Shown one piece after another: positions 38,801 to 51,900 of a stretch of DNA of 64,000 bases. Location of the stretch: NCBI RefSeq assembly GCF_020745735.1, contig NC_083435.1, positions 13,733,201 through 13,797,200 on the forward strand. The letters run 5' to 3'. The notes beneath the pieces are model-generated. The model had not been told where the DNA came from and did no database searches. It saw only the letters and a program-made list of their open reading frames with translations. The translations under genes were made by a program, and so were the position numbers. Numbering within the stretch: position 1 is the stretch's first letter; each line of letters starts with the position of its first letter. Source of the stretch: Hemiscyllium ocellatum (lineage: Eukaryota).

Positions 38801-38920
38801 GCAAGGAGTTGGAGAAAAATAGCGGGAACACCAACTTATTCCTAGGACTGGGAGGTGCAGTGACCTTACTGGTTATAACTATAATGTTTCTTACGTTTGG
38901 ACTGATCCGGCAAAACAAAG
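38801..38920 (+). CDS. Exon 3: short stalk plus transmembrane helix
   Basis: Acceptor ttttcaattcttgtttcag and donor AAG|GTTTGC, 120 nt, phase 1-1. Reads (R)KELEKNSGNTN-LFLGLGGAVTLLVITIMFLTFGLI-RQNK: 24 uncharged residues followed by basic stop-transfer residues. Confidence 0.9.
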
Positions 38921-39274
38921 GTTTGCAATTCTGTCAAACATCTGGGACCTTTTTAACTAATATTCTTTTGTCTTAGTGCTGGATAATTACTCTGGTCCCT
39001 ATCACAGATTCATAAACTTGTTACATCATTGAATGAGACCATTTAACCCATCATCCCGCAATAGTTCCATTACCTCGTGCCAATCTACTGCCTCTCCCTC
39101 ATATCTACCATACTATTTCTACCTAAATAATTATCCAATGTTCGATTGAATGCCTCAATTGAGCCTCAGACAATGCGCGCTCTCAGACAATGCATATCAG
39201 AATATAACTGTCATCTGGCTGCATGATAAGGTTTCTCCTCATACCACCTTTGCTCTGTTATCCAGTGCCCTAAA

Positions 39275-40950
39275 TAGAGCGTTAGAGTCATAGGGATGTA
39301 CAGCACAGAAACAGACCCTTCGACCAGAGATCCCAACCCAATCCACTCCTACCTGCCAGCACTTGGCCCATATCTCTCCAAACCTTTCCTAATCATATAC
39401 TCATCCAGATGCCTTTTAAATGTTGCAATTTTACCAGTCTCCGCCATTTCTTCTGGCATCTCATTCCATACATGTACCACCCTCTGAGTGAAAAAGTTGC
39501 CCCTTAAGTCGCTTTTATATCTTTCCCCTCTCACCCGAAACATATGTCCTCTAGTTCTGAACTCTCCCACTCCTGGGAAACAGTTTTGTCCATTTACCCT
39601 ATCCATGCCCCTCATGATTTTATAAACCTCCTTAAGATCACCCCTCAGCCTCTGACACTCCAGGGAAAACAGCCTTAACCTATTCCATATAGATCAAAAT
39701 CAGCAACCCTGACAACATCCTTGTAAATCTTTTCTGAACCCATTCAAGTTTCACAACATCTTTCCGATCGGAAGGAGACCAGAATTGCATGCAATATTCC
39801 AACAGTAGCCTAACGTATGTCTTGTACAGCCGCTTCATGACCTCCCAACTCCTGTACTCAATACTCTGACCAATTAAGGAAAAGATAACAAGTGCCTCCT
39901 TCACTATCCGATCTACCTGCGACTCCACTTTCAAGAGCTATAAACCTGCATTTCAAGGTGTCTTTGTTCAGCAACACTCCCTTGGACCTTACCATTAAGT
40001 GTATAAGATTTGCTTTCCCAAAATGCAGCACCTCACATTTATCTGAATTAAACTCTATCTACCACATCTTAGCCCATTGGCCCATCTGTTCAAGATCCCA
40101 TTGTAATCTAAGGTAACCTTCTTCGCTGTTGGCTATACCTCCAATTTTGGTGTCAACAGCAAACTTACTAGCTATACCTCTTATGCTCACATCCAAATCA
40201 TTAACATAAATGATGAAAAGTAAAGGACCCGATCTTTGTGGCACTCCACTGGTCACAGGCCTCCAGTCTGAAAAACAATCGTCCATCACCACTCTCTGTC
40301 TTCTACCTTTGAGCCAGTTCTGTATCCAAATGGTTAGTTCTCCCTGCATTCTGTGAGATCTAACCTTGCTCACTAGTGTTCCATGGGGAACCTTGTCGAA
40401 CGTCTCACTGAAGTACATATAGATCACAACTGCAGCTCTGCCCTCATCAATTCTCTTTGTTACTTCTTCAAAAAAACTGAATCAAGTTTGTGAGACATGA
40501 TTTCCCACGCATAAAGCCATGTTGACTATCCCTAATCAGTCCTTGCCTTTCCAAATACATGTACATCCTGTCCCTCAGGATTCCCTCCAACAACTTGCCC
40601 ACCCCTGACATCAGGCTCACTAGTCTATAGTTCCCTGGCTTGTCCTTACCACCTTTCTTAAACAGTGGCACCACGTTTACCAACCTCCAGTCTTCTAGCA
40701 CCTCACCTGTGACTATTGATGAGACAAATATCTCAGCAAGAGGACCAACAATCACTTCCCTAGATTCCGACAGATTTCTGGGGTACACCGATCAGGTCCT
40801 GGGGACTTAGTCACTTTTATGTGTTTCAAGTCATCCAACATTTCCTCCTCTGTAATATAGACATTTTTCAAGATGTCAACATTTATTTTCCTACATTCTA
40901 TATCTTCCATGTCCTTTTCCACAGTAAATACTCATGCAAAATACTCGTTT
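39275..40950 (-). mobile_element. CR1 LINE 3' half, antisense in intron 3
   Basis: RT ORF fragments 40059-40427, 40468-40788 and 39680-39934, with the 3' tail at 39275-39300. Confidence 0.92.
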
Positions 40951-41257
40951 GGTGTCTCTCCAATTTCCTGTAGCTCCACCCAAAGTCAGCCTTACTGATC
41001 TTTGAGAGGCCCTACTCTCTTCCTATCTGTGCTGTCGCTCTTTCCTTCCAACGTTAGGAATATTTTGCAATCTAGAATGTCCTATTGCCGCTTTTTTTGA
41101 TATCTTTTCAAGTTTCTTCTCAATTTTCTCTAATTTAAAGTGTACTAGTCCTGCCTCTCTGATCCATCTACGTAGCTGAAGTTTCTCCGGTCATGATTTA
41201 AGGAAGCACAACCCATATAATCATTGGGCTCCATTTGTAAATGGTCATCAGAATAAG

Positions 41258-44200
41258 CCATAGAGTCATAACGATGCACAGCATGGAAACAGACCCTTCA
41301 GTCCAACCTGTCCATGCTGACCAGATATCCCAACCCAATCTAGTCCCACCTGCCAGCACCCGGCCCAAATCTGTACAAACCCTTCCTATTCATATACCCA
41401 TCAAAATGCCTCTTAAATGTTGCAATCGTACCAGCCTCCACCACATCCTCTAGCAGCTCATTCCATACATGTACACCTTTTGCATGAAAAAGTTGCCCCT
41501 TAGGTCTCTTTTTTATATCTTTCCCCTCTCAACCTAAAGCTATGCTCTCTAGTTCTGGACTCCCCGACCCAAGGGAAAATACTTTGCCTATTACCCTATC
41601 ATGCCCTTCATAATTTTGTAAACCTCTATAAGGTCATCTCTCAGCCTCCGACGCTCCAGGGAAAGCAGCCCCTGCCTGTTCAGCCTCTCTCTGTAGTTCA
41701 AATCCTCCAACCCTGGCAACATCCTTGTACATCATTTCTGAACCCTTTCAAGTTTCACAACATCTTTCTGATATGAAGGAGACCAGAATTGCACACAATA
41801 TTCCAACAGTGGCCTAACCAATGTCCTGTACAGCCGCAACATGACCTCCCAACTCCTGTACTCAACACTCTGACCAATAAAGGAAAGCATACCAAATGCC
41901 TTCTTCATTATCCTATCTATATGCGACTCCACTTTCAAGGAAGTATGCACTTGGACTCCAAGGTCTCTTTGTTCAGCAACACTCCATAGGACCTTACCAT
42001 TAAGTGTATAAGTCCTACTTGGGTTTGCTTTCCCAAAATGCAGAACCTCGCATTTATCTGAATTAAACACCATCTGCCACTTCTCAGCCCATTGGCCCAT
42101 CTGGACCAGATCCTGTTGTAATCTGAGGTAACCCTCTTCGCTGCCCACTACACCTCCAATTTTGGTGTCATCTTAACTGTACCTCTTATGCTCACATCCA
42201 AATCATTTATGTAAATGACAAAATTTGAAGGACCCAGCACCGATCCTTGTGGCACTCCACTGGTCACAGGCCTCCAGTCTGAAACTCAATCCTCCACCAC
42301 CACCCTCTGTCTTCTACCTTTGAGCCAGTTCTGTATCCAAATGGCTCGTTCTCCCTGTATTCCATGAGATCTAACCTTGCTAATCGGTCTCCCATGGGGA
42401 ACCTAGTCGAACACCTTACTGAACCCATGTAGATTACATCTACTGCTCTGCCCTCCTCAATCTTCGTTGTTACCTCAGGATTCCCTCCAACAACTTGCCC
42501 ACCACTGAGGTCTGGCTCACCAGTCTGTAGTTCCCTGGCTTGTCTTTACTGCCCTTCTTAAACACTGACATCACGTTTGTCAACCTCCAGTCTTCTGGCA
42601 CCTCACCTGTGATTATTGATGATACAAATATCTCAGCAAGAGGCCCATCAATCACTTCTCTAGCTTCCCACAGAGTTCAAGACTACACCTGATCAGGTCC
42701 TGGGGATTTATCTGCCTTTTATCCAGCACTTCCTCCTCTGTAATCTGGAATTTTGCAAGATGTCACCATCTATTTCCCTACAGTCTATATCTTCTATATC
42801 CTTTTCCACAGTAAGTACTGATGCAAAATATTCATTTAGTATCTCCATAATTTTCTGTGGCTCCACACAAAGGCCGCTTTGCTGACCTTTGAGGGGCCCT
42901 ATTCTCTCCCGAGATACCCTTTTGTCCTCAATATATTTGTAAAAACCCTTTGGATTCTCCTTAATTCTATTTACCAAAACTATCTCATGTCTCCGTTTTG
43001 CCCTCCTGATTTCCTACTTCCTTCATACACTTCGAAGGATTCACTCGATCTATCCTGTCTATGCCTGACATATGCTTGCTTCTTTTTCTTAACCAAACCT
43101 TCAATTTATTTAGTCATTCACCGTTCCCTATACCTACCAGCCTTCCCTTTCACCCTGACAGGAATATACTTTCTCTGGATTCTTGTTATCTCATTTCTGA
43201 AGGCTTCCCATTTACCAGCTGTCCCTTTACCTGCAAACATCTGCCTCCGATCAGCTTTCAAAAGTTCTTGCCTAATACCGTCAAAATTGGCCTTTCTCCA
43301 ATTTAAAACTTCAACTTTTAGATCTGGTCTATCCTTTTCCATCACTATTTTGAAACAAATAGAATTATGGTTGCTGGCCCCAAAGTGCTTTCCCATTAAC
43401 TCCTCAGCCACCTGCCCTGTCTTATTTCCCAAGAGTAGGTCAAGTTTTGCAACTTCTCTAGTAGGTACATCCACACACTGAATCAGAAAAGTGTCTTTGT
43501 ACACGCTTAACAAATTCATCTCCATCTAAACCTTTAACACTATGACAGTCCCAGTCGATGTTTGGAAAATTAAAATCCCCGACCATAACTATTCTATTAT
43601 TCTTACAGATAGCTGAGATCTCCTTACAAGTTTGTTTCTCCATTTCCCTCTGACTATTAGGAGGTCTATAATACAATCCCAATAAGGTGATCATCCCTTT
43701 CTTATACCACAGTTCCACCCAAAAAGCTCCCTGGATGTATTTCTGGGAATATCCTCCCTCAGCATAGCTGTAATGCTATCCCTTATCAAAAAAGGCACTC
43801 CCCTCCTCTCTTGCCTCCCTTTCTATCCTTCCTGGAACATTAAGCTGCCAGTCCTGCCCATCCCTGAGCTATGTTTCTGTAATTGCTATGATATCCCAAT
43901 CCCATGTTCCTAACCACGCCCTGAATTCATCTGCCTTCCCTGTTAGACCCCTTGCATTGAAATAAATGCAGTTTAATTTATTAGTCCTACCTTGTCCCTG
44001 CCTGCCCTGACTGTTTGACTCACTTCTGTTCTCAGCTGTAACTGTCTCAGATTGATCTCTTTCCTTACTATCTCCCTGGATCCCCACCCCCAACCACCAC
44101 CACCTTACTAGTTTAAATCCTCCCAAGTAATTCTAGCAAATTTCCCTGCCAGTAAACTAGTCCCCTTACAATTTAGGTGCAATCAGTCCTTCTTGTACAG

Positions 44201-45660
44201 GTCACATCTACCCCAAAAGAGATACCAATGATCAAAAAATGTGTATCCTCCTCCCATAAACCAGCTCCTCAGCCATGCATTCATCTGCTCTATCCTCCTA
44301 TTCCTGCCTTTACTAGCTCGTAGCACTGGGAGAAATCCAGATATTACTACCCTTAGGACCTCCTTTTTATATTTCTGCCTAACTCTGTAATTTCCCTTCA
44401 GAATCTCAACATTTTCCCTTCCTAAGTCCCTTCCTGGTTCCAATTTGGACAATGGTCTCCTGCTGGCCCCTCTCCTCCGTGAGAACATTCTGCACCCTCT
44501 CTGAGGCATCCTTGATCCTGGCACCAGGGAAACAACACACCATTCTGCTTTTTCGCTGCTGACCACGGCAACATCTGTCTGTACCTCAGGCTACAGAATC
44601 CCTGAACACAATTGATCTCTTGGAAGCCGACATAACACTCATTGCATTAGAGCCAGTCTCAAAACAAGAAACTTGGCTGTTCGTGCTACGTTCCCCTGAG
44701 AATCCATCACCCCCTACATTTTCCAAAACAGCATACCTGTTTGAAATGGGTAGATCCACAAAAGAATCCTGCTCTATCTGCCTACCTCTCTTACCCTTCC
44801 TGGGGTTAACCCATCTATGTGACTGTATCTGAGACCTTCCCCCCTTTCTATAACTGCCATCCATCACATACTGTTGCTGTTGCAAATTCCTCATCGCTTT
44901 TATCTGTCTCTCCAACCGATCCACTCAATCTGATAATAATTGCATCCAACAGCATTTATGGCAGATATAATCCACAGTAATCCTTAAACTCTCTTTAAAC
45001 TCCCACATCTGACAAGAAGTATATATCACTGCAAAGGCCATTTTTGCTCCTTCACAATCTACAGACCCAGAAAATAACACCGTCTTATTCCTCTTCAAAC
45101 ACTGCCCCTGGTTGAATTAATAATTATGGCTTATATTTTAAGTTTAATCAAGAGACTTATCTCCAAAAGCATTAATCAAGAAAGAACCCACTGCACTCAC
45201 TAATACAGTCTTTCTCTTGGACAGACTTAAAACAACAGTTAACTTATCTGAGTCTATGCTGTGAACTTCACCCAACAGTTCCTCCAATATTAGTTACGAA
45301 ATTCACTGTTTGTTAATTTTCCCAGATGCACTCCGATGTCCAGTGATACACGAATTCAAAAACAGCAAAGGCAGGAACTGTGCGGGTTCTCTCTCTCTCT
45401 CTCTCTTTCTCCTGCACTGTCCTCACTATGTGCTCCCTTTGTCTGCATTTCTCCCTTTTAAAACTGCTGTTGTTTTGACATTTTTTTCCAAAGTTCCAAA
45501 ACAATGTGCATACAAAACAATAATTGCTGCTCCTGGAATTCGAGGAAATCACCTCCAACACCTCAAAAAAAGGAGCAGCTTTACAGCCAGGAATATTTCC
45601 CGTCCTCCATCTTAGATTACCCTGCATCCAATCCTGAAAGGCCACAGCCTTGCCTTCTCT
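41258..45660 (-). mobile_element. Near full-length but disrupted CR1 LINE (5' UTR, ORF1 with zinc-finger and SGNH esterase remnants, ORF2), antisense in intron 3
   Basis: ORF1 starts at 45041 (MAFAVIYTSCQMW...YICHKC), esterase-like segment VVISGFLPV...QMNAWLRSW...DLYKKD, endonuclease fragments (IVMVGDFNFPNIDW) and RT fragments. Multiple stops and internal deletions. Confidence 0.92.
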
Positions 45661-46106
45661 GAGGAGTGTTCATGATTATTTAGCCGTATGTTAATAAGAA
45701 ACACATCTGCAAAGTAATGAGTTTAAAACATTTAAAATAATGAATTTAAAACAATTAAATTAATGACTATCTAATTTATCTTCCAGTAATCTTGAGGCTG
45801 AAAAGGTACACAAACTTAAATTATATTCTTGATTTGATGGTGATTATTCAGATCATAATTTCCATAATTTTAAATTCAAATATCAAGTGTTTTGCTTATT
45901 ACAGAGATAACAGTGCAACCAATACAACGTATGGTATGTGAATCTAAATATCATTTACTTGATGTATTTTACACTAATTATGCTTTCTGCTTCATAAAAC
46001 AAAATAAGAATTAACATATATTTATAGATTATATTTAAGTGGATTTGTTTTCACCTTTTTGTTGCAACTCTTGTATCTTTGAGCATGTACCTGTGTATTA
46101 GCACTG

Positions 46107-46337
46107 AGTCCACTCCAACCCTCTGAAGAATGTCCCACCCAGACGCACTCCCTGTGCTATTCCTACATTTCCCATGGCCAGTCCACCTAACCATCACAAC
46201 ACTGGGCTGTGGGAGGAAATCACTGTACCCAAAGGAAATCCACGCAGACACGGGGAGAATGTGCAAACTCAGCACAGACACGGGATTCGAACCTGGGTCC
46301 CTGGCACTGTGAGGCAGCAATGCTGACCACAGAGCTA
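46107..46337 (-). mobile_element. HE1-like V-SINE in intron 3
   Basis: ccacgcagacacggggagaatgtgcaaact...gattcgaacctgggtccctggcactgtgaggcagc. Confidence 0.85.
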
Positions 46338-46729
46338 TTATGCTGAAGATCTAAAATTCAAACCTGTGAAGAATTCTGAGTTAACACAACAATTGTCTTA
46401 CCTCCCATTCTACGAATAATAATGTGACATGTATGGAGGCTCTAACCTACTCTTCTAAACATCTTCCAACTGATAATCTCAAATTCCTTTGCCAACTGGG
46501 AGATTATCCAACTCTTCTTTAAATCCTGATGTCTGCTTCTGGCTCACCTTTCCATAAGTTTGCCATCATCTCATTATCTTCTTCTGAGGTCTTCGGTTTC
46601 ATTTCTGGCACACGTGTTTGCATGTGCATGTGGTAGTGTGAATTTTCTTCTGTGCAGCACTGTATTTGTGCATAAGTGTTCCACAGTAAAACTCTGATAC
46701 TGACATATCTCAAACCTCTATTTCCACAG

Positions 46730-46758
46730 CAGTTCCCAATCTACAGCAAACAGCACAA
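46730..46758 (+). CDS. Exon 4 candidate: 29-nt cytoplasmic micro-exon (A)VPNLQQTAQ
   Basis: Acceptor cctctatttccacag and donor CAA|GTAAGA. It is stop-free and phase 1 to 0, exactly what is needed to join exon 3 to the terminal exon. Inferred from splice signals and frame only. Confidence 0.65.
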
Positions 46759-47129
46759 GTAAGAACATTTTTATATTAAGCTGCTTTGATATGTGCAATG
46801 AACTTCCAGTAATTTGTCAAAGATCATCCCCAGCGATGGAGTTTTTCTCCTCCCTATCATATAAGCTAAATCTGCTTGCAAATGTTTTCAATTGTCACAT
46901 ACATTTAACACAACAATGACAGTGGTAGTAAATTCCAGTAAAATGAAACCAGTACGAATAAAAGCACTAGTAAATGTTTAAGGAGACGTGCTGTCTTCAT
47001 AATGTGGCCCATATTACCTGTAGCCCAGCGTAATGAGCTGCATTTCCTCCTTATCTTAGACTTAAGGTTGGTAACGTCCAGTGGAAATTGACTCACTGCA
47101 CCCATCATGCCCCCCAAAAAACTATTTGG

Positions 47130-48915
47130 TGTAGAGGGACTGGAATATCATATCAATCACAGAGATGTGGCTCAGGGTTGGACAGGACTGGCAGCTTAAT
47201 ATTCCTGGATACGAAGGTTACAGCAAGGATAGAAATGCTGCCAAGAGAGGAGGGGTATAATGTTTTTGATATGAGATAATATTACAGCTGTAAATAGGGA
47301 TGATATTTCTGGGAATACATCTAGGGAAGTTATTTAAGTGGCGTTGAGAAATAAGAAAGGGATAATCACCTTATTGGGATTGTACTACAGACCTCCCAAT
47401 AGCCAGTGGGAAATTGAGAAACTAATTTGTAAGAAGATCTCCGTTATCTGTAAGAGGAGTAGGCTGGTTGCAGTAGCGGATTTTAACTTTGCAACGTAGA
47501 CTGGGACTGCCATAGTGTCAAGAGGTTAGATGGAGACGAATTTGTTAAGTCTGGACAAGAAAAGTTTCTGCTTCAGTATGTGGATGTATCTACTAGAGAA
47601 GGTGCAAACGTTGACTTACTCTTAGGAATTAAGGCAGCACAAGTGACTAAGATGTCAGTGGGGGAGGACTTTGGAGCCAGCAACCATAATTCTATCAGTT
47701 TTAGAATAGTGATGGAAAAGGATAGACAGGATCTAAAAACTAATGTTCTAAATTGGAGAAAGGCCAGATGTGGAGAAGGACAGGGAAAGTATACAATGTG
47801 GGGAAATAGACGGTGAGATCTTGAAAAATGTCCATATAACTGGGGAGGAGGTGCTAGATGTCTCAAAATACATGAAGTTAAATCAATCTCCAGGATCTGA
47901 TCAGGTGTATCCTAGAACTGTGAAAGCTAGAGAAATGATTGCTTGACCCCTTGGTGAGATATTTGTATCACCAATCATCTCAGGTGAGGTGCCAGAAGAC
48001 TGGAGGTTGGCTAATGTGGTGCCACTATTTAAGAAAGGTGGCAAGGAAAAGCCAAGGAACTATAAACCAGTGTGCCTGACATCAGTGGTGGGCAGGTTGT
48101 TGGAGAGAATCCTGAGGGATAGGATTGATATATATTTGGATAGACAAGGACGGATAAAAGATAGTCAACATGGTTTTGTGCTTGGGAAATTATGTCTCAC
48201 TAACTTCATTGAGTTTTTTGATGAATGTCATCTAAATGGACTTCAGTAAGGTATTCATCAATGTTCCTCATGGTAGACAGGTTAGCAAGGTTAGATCAAA
48301 TAGAATACAGGGAGAATTAGCCATTTGGATACAGAACTGGCTCAAAGGTAGAAGACAGAGGGTGGTGGAGGAGGGTTGCTTTTCAGATTGGAGGCCAATG
48401 ACTATTGGTGTGCCACAATGATTGGTGCTGGGTCCACTGCTTACCATCATTTATGTAAATGATTTGGATGTGAACATAGGAGGTATAGTTAGTAAATTTG
48501 CAGATTACACAAAATTGGAGGTATAGTGGACATTGAAGAAGGTTACCTCAGTGTACAACGGGATCTTGATCAGGTGGGCCAATGGGCCGAGAAGTTTTAT
48601 TTAGATAAATGTGAGGTGCTGTATTTTGGAAAGGCAACTCAGAGCAAGAGAAAAATTTAAAAGGGAACTAAGAGGCTTTTTTTTTCACACAAAGGGTGGT
48701 GCATGTATGGAATGAGCTTCCAGAGGAAGTGGTGGAGGCTGGTACAATTACAATATTTAAAAGGCATCTGGATGGGCACATGAATAGAAAGGGTTTAGAG
48801 GGATATGGGCCAAGTCCTGGCTAATTGGACTAGATTAATTTAGGATATCTGGTCGGGATGGACCAATTGGACAGAAGTGTCTATATCTGTGCTGTAAATC
48901 TCTATGACTCTTAGT
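47130..48915 (+). mobile_element. Degenerate CR1 ORF2 with 3' tail, sense in intron 4
   Basis: WRLANVVPLFKKGGKEKPRNYKPV, DFSKVF..VPHGR, and a ctatgactct tail at about 48902-48911. Confidence 0.9.
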
Positions 48916-51900
48916 GTTGAAGACAGTCAAAATAGTGGTTACTAAATCAGTAGACTTCAACCATAAGGGCCTTTCTATCATGATTTTTTATGTTGTAGTC
49001 AAGCAGAGTAGAGGAAAATTTACCTTGAATAGAATATCCTTTATTGTCACATGTACTCAAGTATGGAAGTACAGGGGTACAGTGAAATATTTATAGTGTA
49101 ACTCCACATGGCACCATCTTTGGTATAAAGTACCTAGGTATAGATCTCAGATGCAAAAAAAAGAAATAAAAGCAAAAAGACAGCAAAAATGTTGCATTGC
49201 TTACAGTTGTTCATAGTAGGTTAGAAATGTGAGAATAAAATTAAAAAGATAAGCATTACAATATTTCAGAAGGTGAGTGCAGAGGGCTTCCATAAAGGGT
49301 CTGCCCAGGCTCTCTCAAGTCATTAACCCACAACAGTCCCCAGTCCAACAATCAACCTCTCTACTCAGGCCTGCAGCCCCCTGGCCATTCCCACTCTGCT
49401 CACCTCCAGTCGCTGCCTGCTCCTGCTCCTGCTCTTGCTCTGCCCTGGGCCTCCAGCCTGTTGGCCGTCCCCACTCGACATGAACTCCAGCCCACTGGCT
49501 ATCCCCACTCCACCATGGTCTTCAGCCTGCTGGTCGCCCCCACTCCATTCCATGCCTCCTGCCTCTGTACCTCAGGAGAGAACACCAAGAGCTAAAGGAT
49601 ATTATTTTTCTGGAACCAGGAAGTTTGGGATCTGCAATGAATTGGTTTTGTAGAAATGTTTTTAATTGGATAGTATTAACTTCACATGGTGCCCATAGTC
49701 ACTTCTTTAGATTCAAGGGGATCTAATATGATCCAATATGCAGAACATAAATAGGTTTCCTAATTACTTCCAGATACCCCATTAAACTCTCAAAGAGTCT
49801 GCTTTCCTTTTTTAGAAATGAGCTACAACATAGGAGCATTGTGGAAAGAAATAATCACTATAATCCCTTTTTCCATACCAGTTTGAACAATCTTTCCCAC
49901 CACTAACTCTCGCTTCTGTAAGAAAATCAGATGAATCTATTTCTCTGAAAGATAAGGAACATCTTTTCAGCTGCCCAATTGCCGACAACATTCCTTTGCC
50001 TATAACACCGTATTATCACAGTATTGTCTCTATCATTCCCTGAAGCTTGGTCCCTCATTAGTTTCTGCTCTTTTCCCCACACCCCCAAAAAATGCATCTC
50101 AATGATAAGCACTACTTCCTGACTTCTTGACCTACGTACACGCTAAACCAGGTTCATCCCATTCTGATATTCATTTTACTAGTATGAATCATGATTACAT
50201 TTACACAGGAGCCAACCATCTACCTTTCAATCCCATCTTAATATTCAAGCCATATTTGTAATTCGTTGACTGGCAGAACGTGAGCATGACTGACAGAACT
50301 AAAACGTATTGCACACTTTTAACTGTCTATGAGAAAGTGACACCAAGCTGCTCTCTTGAACAATCTATGTAAAGGTACTGCTAAAGTGCTCTTAGATAGG
50401 GAGGTTGTGTCTTGCGGTGTTGAAGTAATGATGATGTATCTTTTTGGTGTAATACACATTGAACAGACATCGTTAAGCAGGTTATCAATCCAACAATCGG
50501 TGCAATTGTTTACTCTCCACTTGAGTCTCCTGTAATCCTTCCATGTCATCATAACTCTCTATTCCCATCTCTCACATGAGTCTGACATCGATAGTATTGG
50601 CTTCAACCATGCCCCGTGGTTCTAAATTCTTGGCACACTTTGGTAAAGAACTTATTTCTGAATTCCATGTTAGATTTTTTTTTCTTTCAATATTTTATAT
50701 TTGTAGGCTCTAATTTAGCGTTTCCTCACAAGAGGGAACATAGTCCCCGTATCTTTTCTATTAAAACGTTTCATAAGTTTAAAAATCATGTTAGGCCAAC
50801 CTCCACTATGTTCGATTTTTCAAAAGAAAGAAACTAACCCAGCCTGTCAATTTCTTATTGATATTTATACTCACCTTCCCCATCCTATTTTGCAATTATC
50901 CTTTTAAATCTTCTGTACAGTTTCTCCCGTGGCTCGGTTTCCTTTTATGATATGTTCCTTAAAACTTCAGACTCAGTGGCATCGTAGTCTGACTAGTTTC
51001 AATACGAGTTTTGAGTAACATCCCTACCACTTTAAGAATATGAATATATAATTGACTTATTTTTCTGTGATGTTTCTAAGCTGTGGTATGGCCTTTAGTG
51101 TTTTTGTGCTATTTTTGTTTCTCTTCCACATATAGAAGTTGGCGCATTTGGAGATGGTACTATTTCCACCACCTGTTGTCCCATTTCTGGCAATAGAGGG
51201 GGCGATTTCAGGTGGTGCTGAAAAAGATGTCTTTGAGAATTCTTGAAGTGTATGTTTGACTTCTCACAAATGTTCAGTCTTCAAACCTTCACTCCTCCCC
51301 AAGGCATTTACTGCCCTGACCTCTGAAACTGATCTCTGCAACACCCTCAAATAATGTTGATGCCCATGTCACAAAACTCAAGCCAGTTCAATGAAAGCAT
51401 GCATGATACTCTATTCTGTTATTTCTGCTGCTTGTAATGTTTTATACATCGATCATAATATTCCTCCTCAAATATCTCCTTGCATTGTTCAACGTTGTAA
51501 CATGGATTTTACTTGCTTCAAATACAGTAATCTAATTTAATCAGAACAACACTACTAATGGATTTTTTTTTCTTGCCTCATTTTTCTGGGGCATTTTGCC
51601 ATTGCTACTGGTTGGGGTGGGTCTCATAAATTGCCTCGTCAAGAAGAAATGGAAATTGTTGATAACATTTGAGAGAAAAAATAAAATGCACAAAATATTG
51701 GAAAAGATGCATAATACTAATCTAAGAAATAGTAAAGCACCAAGCAGAGTCAGATCAATATGGAGTATAAATACAAATATATTAGTCACTCTATTTATAT
51801 AAATCCATTGTATATGGTAAATAGTGTCAGTGTGATGTAGGTGCAGATAACCATTTGGAAATGTAATTGAAGATAAAGGTGATCTAGCTGCAAACTATGT

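Noticed and set aside
49277-49653. Overlapping Pro/Ser-rich ORFs in a GC-rich patch
   Set aside because: Low-complexity composition with no convincing splice sites in phase with the gene. Probably an unclassified repeat.
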